This document shows, piece after piece, positions 48,055 through 56,633 of a stretch of 64,000 nt of DNA. The DNA is taken from assembly GCA_041402045.1 (NCBI GenBank), contig JAWKSZ010000043.1, forward strand, positions 1 through 64,000. The letters run 5' to 3'. Source of the DNA: Planctomycetota bacterium. GTDB lineage: Bacteria > Planctomycetota > J058. The notes beneath the pieces were generated by a model, which saw only the letters and a list, made by a program, of their open reading frames with translations, made no database searches and was not told the origin of the DNA. The position numbers and the translations under genes were made by a program. Numbering within the stretch: the first letter of the stretch is position 1; every line of letters begins with the position of its first letter.

Positions 48055-48948
48055 ATGGATCCCGCAGCCCTATTGACCTTCGCGGAAGTAGCGCGGACGG
48101 GGAGCTTCAGCGCCGCGGCGCGTAAGAGTGGGCGTTCCAGGCAGTCGGTAAACCGACAAGTCGCAGCTCTCGAGGCCCGGTTGGGACTGCGACTCTTCGA
48201 GCGCTCGACACGCAGGCTACGAATCACCGACGTGGGGCAGCGACTGCTCCTACACGCCGAGCGATTGCGGCGGGACGTGCTGGCAGCTACGGACGAAATG
48301 CGCGCCGCACGCTCCGCTCCGGGCGGGACCCTGCGGGTTACAGCGCCGGGTCTCCTGGGTGAGGAGTTCGTAAGCCCAACCATCGCCTCGTTCTTGAGTC
48401 TCTATCCAGAGGTGAGGATCGAAGAGGTGCTTTCGCTCGAGCGCGTCGACCTGCTCGAGCAGCGTTTCGATCTGGCGATTCGAGCGGGCCGGCTCGAGGA
48501 CAGCCCCCTCATTTCACGCCTGCTTGGACACGCCGTCGTTGTGTGTTGCGCTTCGCCAGCGCTCTTGGCTTCGGCCCCACCGATCGAGGTGCCGGGCGAC
48601 CTGCTCGACTTGCCGACGATCCACTACGGACGCCACCAGATCGGACCCGAAGTGACCTGGCGGTTTGGAGACACCGCAGTGAGAGTCCTTCCGCGACTTG
48701 CCTCAACAAGCACCCGCACCGCATGCAACGCCGCGGTTCACGGACTGGGGGTCGTCCGCCTTCCGCTCCTTGCTTGCCAGGCTGAGCTCGAGTCGGGCGC
48801 CTTGGTGGAGGTCTTGGTGGCCTGGCGAGACGAAACCGTTCCAATTCAAGCGGTCTACGCCAGCCCCTCAGCGACGAACCCCACCCTTCAAGCGTTCGTC
48901 GGCGCCTTGCTGGACGCCGCCCAACAGGCCACATGGCTTGTGCGCTGA
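48055..48948 (+). CDS. LysR-family transcriptional regulator, divergent from the SnoaL-NmrA-pirin operon
   Basis: N-terminal HTH (LLTFAEVARTGSFSAAARKSGRSRQSVNRQVAALE) and LysR substrate-binding domain. Confidence 0.85.
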   Translation: MDPAALLTFAEVARTGSFSAAARKSGRSRQSVNRQVAALEARLGLRLFERSTRRLRITDVGQRLLLHAERLRRDVLAATDEMRAARSAPGGTLRVTAPGLLGEEFVSPTIASFLSLYPEVRIEEVLSLERVDLLEQRFDLAIRAGRLEDSPLISRLLGHAVVVCCASPALLASAPPIEVPGDLLDLPTIHYGRHQIGPEVTWRFGDTAVRVLPRLASTSTRTACNAAVHGLGVVRLPLLACQAELESGALVEVLVAWRDETVPIQAVYASPSATNPTLQAFVGALLDAAQQATWLVR

Positions 48949-49058
48949 ATCCGAAGCCTCCAAAGGGAGCGAGCACTCGATTCGCTGGGTCGATTTGGGG
49001 GTTCTAGCCTGAGGAGTCCTACCCAGGCTTCGCCCACCAGGCGGGTGGCCTCGCGCAC

Positions 49059-50429
49059 CTAGGCCGCGTAGACCGTCTTCACGTTGACGAAGGCCAGGAT
49101 CCCCTGGCGCCCCAGCTCGCGGCCGTAGCCGCTGTCCTTGATCCCGCCGCAGGGCAGGCGCGGGTCCGAGCGCACGCGGTCGTTCACGAAGCAGGACCCG
49201 GCCTCGAGCTCGTCGCGGGCGATCTGCCAGCCGCGCTCCACGTCGCGAGTGAACACCGCCGCGCCCAGCCCGAAGGAGCCGGTGTTGGCGACCTCGATCG
49301 CCTCCTGGGCGTCGACCACCGGCACGATCGCCGCGACGGGCCCGAACAGCTCCTCGGAGAACGCGGGCATGCCCGCCACGACTCGGGTCAGCACGGTGGG
49401 GGGGTAGTAGGCGCCGGGCAGGTCGCGGGGGACGTAGCCCCCGAGCAGGCAGCTCGCGCCCAGGGCGACGCTGGCCCGGACCTGGTCGTGCAGGGCGTCC
49501 CGCGCGGCGACGCTGGCCAGGGGCCCGAGCTCGCAGCTCGGCTGGGTCGGGGGCTGCATGCGCGCGCGGCGCATGCGCTCGACGACGAGGGCCTCGAAGG
49601 CCTCCCGCACCGGCTCGACCACGATGAACCGCTTGGCGGCGGTGCAGCTCTGTCCGCTGTTCTCGAGCCGGCTGGTGACGCAGGCGTCGGCGGCGAGCTC
49701 GAGGTCCGCGTCCTCGAGGATCAGGTAGGGGTCGCTGCCGCCGAGCTCCAGCACGCTGGGCTTGATCGCCTTCCCCGCGGCCTCGGCCACCTCGCTGCCT
49801 GCGGCGGCGGTCCCGGTGAACGTCACGCCGCGCACCAGGGGGTGCTCGATCAGCCCGCGCACGGCGTCGGACCCGGTGAGCAAGGTCTGGAACACGCCCT
49901 CGGGGACGCCGGCGGCCGCGCACAGGCGCTCGATCGCCAGCGCGCAGCGGGGCACGTTGCTCGCGTGCTTGAGCAGGCAGGCGTTGCCCGCGGCCAGGGC
50001 AGGGGCGGCGAAGCGGAACACCTGCCAGAAGGGCTCGTTCCAGGGCATGACCCCCAGGACCAGGCCCAGCGGGCGGTGCACGACCTCGCTGCGCGCGGCG
50101 CCGGCACCGACGGGGCGGCTGGCGAGGAACTCGGCGGCGTGGCGCGCGTAGAACTCGCACACCTCCGCGCAGCGGTCGATCTCGGCCTCGCCCTGGAACA
50201 CGGGCTTGCCCATTTCGCGGGCCATGGTCACCGAGAGGTTCACGCGTCGCGCGCGGAGGACGACCGCCAGCTCGCGCAAATGGTCGCAGCGCCGGCCGAC
50301 GTCGAGGCGCCGCCAGCGCAGGAACGAGCGGTGCCCGCGTTGGATCGCGGCGCCGAGCTCCGCGCGGCCCGGGGGCTCGAAGGCTTCGATCAGGGTCCCC
50401 GTGCTGGGGTCGACGGTGGCCACGGACAT
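49059..50429 (-). CDS. NAD(P)-dependent aldehyde dehydrogenase (succinate-semialdehyde dehydrogenase-like)
   Basis: ELGGSDPYLI and catalytic Cys in SGQSCTAAKR. 456 aa. Confidence 0.9.
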   Translation of the reverse strand: MSVATVDPSTGTLIEAFEPPGRAELGAAIQRGHRSFLRWRRLDVGRRCDHLRELAVVLRARRVNLSVTMAREMGKPVFQGEAEIDRCAEVCEFYARHAAEFLASRPVGAGAARSEVVHRPLGLVLGVMPWNEPFWQVFRFAAPALAAGNACLLKHASNVPRCALAIERLCAAAGVPEGVFQTLLTGSDAVRGLIEHPLVRGVTFTGTAAAGSEVAEAAGKAIKPSVLELGGSDPYLILEDADLELAADACVTSRLENSGQSCTAAKRFIVVEPVREAFEALVVERMRRARMQPPTQPSCELGPLASVAARDALHDQVRASVALGASCLLGGYVPRDLPGAYYPPTVLTRVVAGMPAFSEELFGPVAAIVPVVDAQEAIEVANTGSFGLGAAVFTRDVERGWQIARDELEAGSCFVNDRVRSDPRLPCGGIKDSGYGRELGRQGILAFVNVKTVYAA

Positions 50430-50495
50430 GCTTCGCTCCTTCCACGGAGGTTCCCCTGGGTGAGCGCCGGAGAGGCAGACGCGCGTCGCCGCGAA

Positions 50496-50867
50496 CTAGG
50501 CGGTCTTGGCGACGTCGGGGTGGGCCCAGGACCAGTCGAGCTGCTCGGGGTGCTGCACGTACTTCCATGGGTCCCGGATCACCCGCTCGAGGTGGCCCCG
50601 CGGGATCCGCCACTCGAGGCCGGGGGCGCCGTCGGCGGGCGGGGAGGCGCGCAAGCAGCCGTGCTCCAGGCGCACCCCCAGCGGGGTCGGCGGGCTGCCG
50701 TCGTGGTGGGTGATTTCACAGACCACCGTGCGGTCGCCCAGGTTCGTCTCTGCGGCCAGCAAGCGTTGGAGCATGCGGCGCTGGCTGCGGTGGACCTCGA
50801 TGCTCCGGTTCACGACGTCGAGATATCGAGCGAGGAGTGCCGAGTCGTCGGCGAGGGCTGCCATCAT
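50496..50867 (-). CDS. hypothetical protein, first gene of an operon with the aldehyde dehydrogenase
   Basis: Start MMAALADD with AGGAGG RBS 5 nt upstream. A motif array lies upstream. Confidence 0.5.
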   Translation of the reverse strand: MMAALADDSALLARYLDVVNRSIEVHRSQRRMLQRLLAAETNLGDRTVVCEITHHDGSPPTPLGVRLEHGCLRASPPADGAPGLEWRIPRGHLERVIRDPWKYVQHPEQLDWSWAHPDVAKTA

Positions 50868-51002
50868 GTGCACCTCCTAGGCACAGAGGCAGTGCAAGTC
50901 GAGGTCCGGGGGCGTCTCGGGCGCGGGCGCTGGATCACGGCTGCCACAACACGGTGTCCAGTCAACCTTCGAGGCTCGAGGGGGCGCTCGGACTGCAACG
51001 CG

Positions 51003-51075
51003 GGCGAGGGGACAGTGGGCGGATCTGTCCCGTGGGATGGGACAGGCGTGTCAGGGCCCCGACAGACGTGTCCCC
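51003..51075. promoter_or_regulatory. array of GGGACAG / GTGTC half-sites (GGGGACAG-N9-CTGTCCC; GTGTC-N8-GACAG) upstream of 50496..50867
   Basis: Resembles CRP-family (MrpC-like GTGTC-N8-GACAC) operators. A weak sigma-54-like GG-N10-GC element lies at about 50895..50915 on the minus strand. Confidence 0.4.
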
Positions 51076-51176
51076 TTCCAAGATTCCACACGCCTGGAAA
51101 ACACCTGGAGAACGCTCCTGAGCGGGGGATCCGCAGACTGTGGGGACGCGTGCCAACCTGATCCTGCCTTCGGTTT

Positions 51177-51560
51177 TTACAGCACCATGCACAGCGCGGC
51201 GGCGCCCACGCTGAGGCCGGCGCAGAGCCAACCGCCGATCCGGCGCAGGCGTTGGGCCCGGCGTCGCCGGCGCAGGTAGGGGAACAGGGCGTCGAAGTCG
51301 CGGGCCCGGATCCAGCGCAGGCGTTCGGACTCGATCCGACCGCGCTGCATGTCGCGTTGGCGGCCCGACCACAGGGGGTCGTCCACCGCCTCGGGCGGCA
51401 CGATGGTTCCGTCCTCGAGCACGAGGTCCCCGGTGTCGGGGTCGATCGCCCGAATGAACACGGGCCAGCCGTCGTCGGCGCGGAACACGAGCTGACCCGC
51501 GCGCAGCGGAGGGAGGGGGGTGCGGCGAAAGGAAGGGCGGACGGACCACAGGGAAGGCAT
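51177..51560 (-). CDS. small hypothetical protein with C-terminal TM helix
   Basis: C-terminal real part of ORF 51177..52553, starting MPSLWSV. Confidence 0.45.
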   Translation of the reverse strand: MPSLWSVRPSFRRTPLPPLRAGQLVFRADDGWPVFIRAIDPDTGDLVLEDGTIVPPEAVDDPLWSGRQRDMQRGRIESERLRWIRARDFDALFPYLRRRRRAQRLRRIGGWLCAGLSVGAAALCMVL

Positions 51561-51679
51561 AGGGGGCTCGCTTGGGTCTAGGTCGATCGCGTCGATTCCC
51601 CTGCGGCGCGACCTGGGTTGTTGAATCGGGTGCCTCGCGCTGCGGGGCTTCCCCGGGCCCCGCGCTGCGCTGTGGAGCG

Positions 51680-52366
51680 CTAGCTGCCCTGGCCGCCGCG
51701 GTCGCGGAAGTGGGCCTCGGTCAGCCAGGTCAGGACGGCGCGCTCGTGGGCGCGGGCGCTCTGGATCCAGGCCAGCAGGTCCTCGCGCAAGGCCTCGATC
51801 GCGCGCCGCCGGGCGGCGGACGCGCTGGCCCAGCTCGGCTCGAGCACGCGCTCCCAGAGGTGGCAGAGCCCGGCGACCAGCTCGCCTTGCTCGGCGCGCA
51901 GCTGCTCGACGCGGGCGGCGAGGGTCACGTCGGCCTCCAGGATCTCGCCCAGGACCTCGCGGTTGACGCGCAGGTTCGCGCTCCAGGCCTGCTCGGCCTG
52001 GGGCAGGAGCTGAGTCAGCTCGCGCAGGTAGTCGCTCTCGCGGCCGGGGACCACGTCGCCGAGGAGGAAGCCCTCCAGGCGCTCGAGCCAGCGCTCGCAC
52101 TCCGCGGCCGCCGAGTTGACGCCGTTGGCGTTGGCCAGGGCCTGGCGGGTGAGGTCGGCCAGGAGCCCCTCGGGCGCGGGCCGCAGGCGGTCCAGGGCGG
52201 CCACCCGCAGCGCGGCGTGCAGCCCGCCGCGCGCCAGGAGGCGTGAGGTCACGGCCTTGCCGTCTTGCACACTCAGGATCACGCACAGGGACTCGACGGT
52301 GGGGGGGCGGGCGTCGTCGACGACCAGCGCGCCGATCTCGAGTTCCTTGAGTTCCGTGAGCTTCAT
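51680..52366 (-). CDS. hypothetical protein
   Basis: Start MKLTELKELEIG with GGAGG RBS 7 nt upstream. 228 aa, helical. Confidence 0.55.
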   Translation of the reverse strand: MKLTELKELEIGALVVDDARPPTVESLCVILSVQDGKAVTSRLLARGGLHAALRVAALDRLRPAPEGLLADLTRQALANANGVNSAAAECERWLERLEGFLLGDVVPGRESDYLRELTQLLPQAEQAWSANLRVNREVLGEILEADVTLAARVEQLRAEQGELVAGLCHLWERVLEPSWASASAARRRAIEALREDLLAWIQSARAHERAVLTWLTEAHFRDRGGQGS

Positions 52367-52539
52367 GGGGGACCTCCGTTCCACCCCCAAGAGCGCACGC
52401 CGCATGCCGGGGGCGCTGCGGGCAGAACTCGGGCGCGAGCGGGCGACGCCGCGTCGCGTCGCGACAGCGCTGTCGGCGCCGTGGACAGCTCTGACCCCCA
52501 GCCGTGGGGGCGCGCCGCGCGATCGCGTAGGCTGAGCGG

Positions 52540-55242
52540 GTGACCAAGCGCAAGCTGCGTCCTAGCCAGGACGTCTACCATCGGATTCGCTGGGACCCGC
52601 GGCTCGAGCCCACGGAGTTCGAGGTCGTGCACCGCGAGCGCTCGGGGCGCTTCGAGGCCACGCCCCTGGTGGAGTTCGTCCCCGGCGGGCGGATCCCCTG
52701 GTCCCGGGTCTACCGCGTGCGCCGCCGCGACGGGTTGGTGGTGTGGGACCGCGAGGCGCGGCGCGACCTGTTGTTTGGCTCCGGCGACACCGCCCCCGAG
52801 GAGCGCCTCGAGCCCACCCGCGGCGCCGAGCCCGACGACGGGTTCCTCGTGCCCCTGGTCCCCTGGCGCCACGGCGCCGAGGGCTGGCGCGAGGACCGCG
52901 CCCCCGCCGCGCCGCTCCCGCGCCGCCCGCTCTCGGTCCTCAGCTACAACGTGCTGTTCGAGCGCTTCCGCGCCGAGCACCTGCGCACCGCCGAGCGGCG
53001 CCCGGCCCAGCTCGCGCTCCTGGGCGCGCAGCAGGCGGACCTGATCGCGCTGCAGGAGGTCACGCCGCCCTACCTCGAGGCGCTCCTCGCCGAGCCCTGG
53101 GTCCAGCGCGACTACTGGGTCAGCGCCGGGCCCGGGAGCGAGGTCGTGGAGCCCAACGGCCAGGTCCTGCTCTCGCGGGTGGCCCCCGCGCGGCTCGGAC
53201 TCCACGCCTACAGCGGGCGCAAGCACGTGCTGGTGGCCCGCTTCGCCGACGGCGTCGGCGGGCTGTGGGTCGCGGTGGTGCACCTCACGAGCAACATGAC
53301 CCCCAACGCCCCCGAGGTCCGGGTGGGTCAGCTCGCGGCGCTGCGCGGGTTCCTCGAGCGCAACGCGCGGGAGGCGACCTGGCTCGTCGTCGGGGACTTC
53401 AACCAGCGCGAGGGGGAGCCCCTGGGTGGGCTCGTCGAGGCCGGGGCGCTGGACCTCTGGCCCGCGCTGCACCCGGGCGACCCGGGCTACACCTTCGACC
53501 CCGGCGCCAACGCCCTCGCCGCCGAGCTCAGCAGCAGCCCGCACCCGGTGCGCTACGACCGCGTGCTCCTGCGCGCGACCGCCGACCGCTGGCGCGGCGC
53601 GGCCCTCGAGCGCTTCGCCTGCGACCCGGTCCCCGGGGTCGAGCCGCCGCTGTTCCTCTCGGACCACTTCGGCCTGACCCTCGAGCTGCGCCCGGGGGAC
53701 GGGAGCCAGGGTCAGCCGGTGCACACCAGCGCGCTGGCGGTGGTCCCCCCGCCGGGGGCCTGGCCCGCGCTCCAGGCCCTGCGCCGGGCGCACGACCCGC
53801 GGCACCGGCGCTGGCCCCCGCACGTGAGCGTGCTCTACGGGTTCGTGGCCGCCCCGCACCTGGAGGCGGCCACGAGCGCCGCGCGCGAGGCGCTGCGCGG
53901 GCACGCGCCGTTTCGCCTGAGCCTCGACGGCCTCGAGCGCTTCGCCCACCGCCGCCGCGCGTCGGTGTGGCTGCGCCCCGAGCCCGCCGAGCCCCTGCGC
54001 GCGCTGGAGGCCGACCTCCTGCGCGCGTTCCCCGCCTGCAGCGAGCAGCGCCACAAGGGGACCGCGGGCTACACCCCGCACCTGACCGTGGCCCAGGTCT
54101 CCCTCGCCGAGACCCCGAGCTTCCTGAGCGAGGTCGGGCGCGGCTGGACCCCGCTCGCGTTCGAGGTCGACGCGCTGTGCGCGCTGACCCGGGAGCAGGG
54201 CACGGGCTTCGACCTCCAGGCCGCGATCCCTCTGGGGGCCCCGCGCTCGCTGGAGCAGGCGACCGCGGCCTCGGGCCTCCTGGGGGAAGGCCCGCCCCCG
54301 GGGCTGGAGGCCCTGCGCCGGGCGAGCCCGCTCGAGCTCGCGGTGTTCGGCTCCTGGGCCCTGGACGCGGCGCTTACCTCCAGCGACCTCGACCTGGGCG
54401 CGACCCTCGGTCCCGGCCAGGAGCCCCTGGCCTACTACGAGCTGGTCGCGGAGAGCCTCGAGCGCGCGGGCAGCCTCCGCGAGCGGCGCGTCGTCCCCGG
54501 CGAGCTCCCGCTCCTGCGGCTGGAGCTCGAGGGCGGCGCCAAGGTCGACCTCCTGGCGAGCGTCGGCGCCCCGCCGCCCCAGGCGGGGGTCCCCGCCTTG
54601 CTGCGGACGGCGGCGGGCGCGCGCTGGGAGCTGGCCCGCGCGACCCTGCGCGCGCTCCGCGCCTGGGCCTCGGCCCGGCAGCTCGACGCCCAGGCCCTGG
54701 GCGGCCTCGGCGGCGTGGCCTGGGCGGCGCTGGCGGTCGAGGCGACGCGCGGCGCCGCGAGCGCTCCCGAGGCGCTGGAGGCGAGCCTCGCCGCCCTGGC
54801 CCAGGACGGCGCCGACGCCGTGCGCGCGGCCAGCGCGCGGCTCGCGATCCCGGGGGAGCCGACCAAGGGGCTCACGCCCTCGACCCGCGCGCTCCTCGCC
54901 CGCGAGGCGCGCCGCGCCCTGGGGTTGGCTCAGGCCGCGCGCCGCGGCGAGGGGGCCTGGAGCGGGCTGTTCTACCCGGCGCCGCTCCCGCCGGAGCCGG
55001 TGGTGTGGATCGAGCCTGCGCGCGAGGGACCCGGGGTCGAGGGCGCGCTCCTGGGGATCGCCCAGCGCGTGATCGCGGCGCTGGAAGAGAGCGGGGCCAC
55101 GGTGCGGCCCTGCCCGCAGCGCGAGCCGCGGGGCTGGGCCTTCGGGGTCGACGTGCTGGGGCCGAGCCAGGCCCGGGCCGTCGAGCGCGCGCTGCGCCCG
55201 GCGCGCGAGCTGCGCGCGGCCTTCGAGCCCGAGCCCGACTGA
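52540..55242 (+). CDS. multidomain RNA-repair-like enzyme: N-terminal DUF504/MJ1316-type cyclic-end recognition domain, EEP (endonuclease/exonuclease/phosphatase) domain, 2H/LigT-like phosphoesterase (HVSV...HLTV), C-terminal polymerase-beta-type nucleotidyltransferase (GSW...DLDL)
   Basis: DVYHRIRWD...RIPWSRVYRV. EEP motifs LSYNVL, LQEV and SDHFGL. Two H-x-S/T-x motifs. GS-x(n)-D-x-D motif. 900 aa. Confidence 0.75.
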   Translation: MTKRKLRPSQDVYHRIRWDPRLEPTEFEVVHRERSGRFEATPLVEFVPGGRIPWSRVYRVRRRDGLVVWDREARRDLLFGSGDTAPEERLEPTRGAEPDDGFLVPLVPWRHGAEGWREDRAPAAPLPRRPLSVLSYNVLFERFRAEHLRTAERRPAQLALLGAQQADLIALQEVTPPYLEALLAEPWVQRDYWVSAGPGSEVVEPNGQVLLSRVAPARLGLHAYSGRKHVLVARFADGVGGLWVAVVHLTSNMTPNAPEVRVGQLAALRGFLERNAREATWLVVGDFNQREGEPLGGLVEAGALDLWPALHPGDPGYTFDPGANALAAELSSSPHPVRYDRVLLRATADRWRGAALERFACDPVPGVEPPLFLSDHFGLTLELRPGDGSQGQPVHTSALAVVPPPGAWPALQALRRAHDPRHRRWPPHVSVLYGFVAAPHLEAATSAAREALRGHAPFRLSLDGLERFAHRRRASVWLRPEPAEPLRALEADLLRAFPACSEQRHKGTAGYTPHLTVAQVSLAETPSFLSEVGRGWTPLAFEVDALCALTREQGTGFDLQAAIPLGAPRSLEQATAASGLLGEGPPPGLEALRRASPLELAVFGSWALDAALTSSDLDLGATLGPGQEPLAYYELVAESLERAGSLRERRVVPGELPLLRLELEGGAKVDLLASVGAPPPQAGVPALLRTAAGARWELARATLRALRAWASARQLDAQALGGLGGVAWAALAVEATRGAASAPEALEASLAALAQDGADAVRAASARLAIPGEPTKGLTPSTRALLAREARRALGLAQAARRGEGAWSGLFYPAPLPPEPVVWIEPAREGPGVEGALLGIAQRVIAALEESGATVRPCPQREPRGWAFGVDVLGPSQARAVERALRPARELRAAFEPEPD

Positions 55243-55307
55243 ACGGAGCTCCGCGACGCTGCGGGATCGCGCGAGCCGGGGCTGGGAAGACGCGGCCCGC
55301 TTCCGTT

Positions 55308-55425
55308 GAAGCGAAGCCTCTCCTAGGAGCCGGAGTCACGATCCTGAGCGGGCGAGGGACCTCCGGCGCGGCGACGACCGTCCACGACCCTCGCCCGCTC
55401 AGGATCGTGAACTCCGGCTCTTAGC
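55308..55425. repeat. about 115-bp structured repeat: conserved 5' flank (aagcgaagcctctNctag) plus long imperfect hairpin (about 28-bp arms); copy 1
   Basis: Arms ccggagtcacgatcctgagcgggcgaggg / ccctcgcccgctcaggatcgtgaactccgg. Second copy at 61958..62074 with compensatory changes. Both copies lie between convergent gene ends. Confidence 0.6.
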
Positions 55426-55780
55426 GGCCGGTCGGGGGCCCGGTGAACTCGATCACGTCGGCGGTGATGATCACCGAGTCGCCGCTCACGATCCCTACGT
55501 TGTAGCTGGAGACGTCCTCGGAGACGTTGATCAGCGCCCGGGGCCGGTCGTCGAGCTCGGCCAGGATCCGGACCTTCTCCAGCGCCTTGGCGTACTGGGC
55601 GTTGATCCCGATCCCGAACACCTTGAACCCGGAGTCCGAGCCGCGCACGCCGGTCTGGATCACGCGGTAGTTGTTCGAGGTCAAGGTCACGTTGGTGACG
55701 TTGTTGCCGCGAAAGGCGCCGTCGGAGGTGCAGGCGCTGAGGGCGCAGCAGGCGGCGAGGACGAGGAGACGCACGTTCAT
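55421..55780 (-). CDS. small lipoprotein (hypothetical)
   Basis: Start MNVRLLVLAACCALSAC with GGAG RBS. Lower-GC region. Confidence 0.55.
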   Translation of the reverse strand: MNVRLLVLAACCALSACTSDGAFRGNNVTNVTLTSNNYRVIQTGVRGSDSGFKVFGIGINAQYAKALEKVRILAELDDRPRALINVSEDVSSYNVGIVSGDSVIITADVIEFTGPPTGR

Positions 55781-55836
55781 GGATCGCTCCGTGCCGGGCA
55801 GGGGCGGGGAGTTGGGTGGGTTGGAAGGAAGCAGGA

Positions 55837-56532
55837 TTACTCGGCGACCAGGCGCTTGCGCAGGTCCGGGATCAGGCTCTCGGTCTCCTGGAAGATCCGG
55901 GGGTATTCGATCTGCTCGCCGTTGTCGTCGAGGATCGACTTGATCTGGACCTTGTAGATCAGCGGGTTGCGCGAGGTGATCGAGCAGAAGAACTGGTTGG
56001 TCAGCGCGACGGTCTTGGTCGGGCCGCGGCGCAGGGACTTGGTCTTGCTCTTGCTCGCGATGTACCCGGCCTGGTTGTCCTGGTTGTCCAGCTCGGGGTA
56101 GTAGCGGGTGAGGGTGTCGATCAGGACGTCCCACACCTGGTCCTCGTCCATGTCGCTGTTGACCTCGAGCTCGAGCCAGGTGTTCGAGGCGTCCGAGGGC
56201 ACGGTGTGGGTCCACACCTCGTCCTCGTGGAGCTTGATCTCAATGAACTCCTTGCCGTCCTCGACCCCGTTGCGCTCGCTGAAGGCGTCGATCGTGAGCT
56301 GGTGCACGAGCTTGGTGGAGCGGACGTAGCCCTCCTTCGTCGCCGCGACCTTGTAGCGGGTCTCGGGGTCGGCGAAGTCGAAGCCGTAGAGCACGGGCGA
56401 CACGCCGATCGGCTTGTCGTCGACCGAGATCTCGGCGCCCTCCTCGGGCACGGTGCGGATCTCGACCTGGCGCACGGTCTCGCAGCCGCAGAGCAGGGTC
56501 AGGGCGAGGGTCAGGGCAACGGTACGGGTCAT
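55837..56532 (-). CDS. lipoprotein (hypothetical)
   Basis: Start MTRTVALTLALTLLCGC with AGGAGG RBS 6 nt upstream. Lower-GC region. Confidence 0.6.
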   Translation of the reverse strand: MTRTVALTLALTLLCGCETVRQVEIRTVPEEGAEISVDDKPIGVSPVLYGFDFADPETRYKVAATKEGYVRSTKLVHQLTIDAFSERNGVEDGKEFIEIKLHEDEVWTHTVPSDASNTWLELEVNSDMDEDQVWDVLIDTLTRYYPELDNQDNQAGYIASKSKTKSLRRGPTKTVALTNQFFCSITSRNPLIYKVQIKSILDDNGEQIEYPRIFQETESLIPDLRKRLVAE

Positions 56533-56633
56533 GCCGGCCTCCTGGGATCGAGCGGCGCACGGTAGCACGGGAGCCCAGGGGCTGCGAGCGCTCTCCTAGA
56601 GGGCTGCAGTGCAACGGAGGCCCGGCAGGCCCG

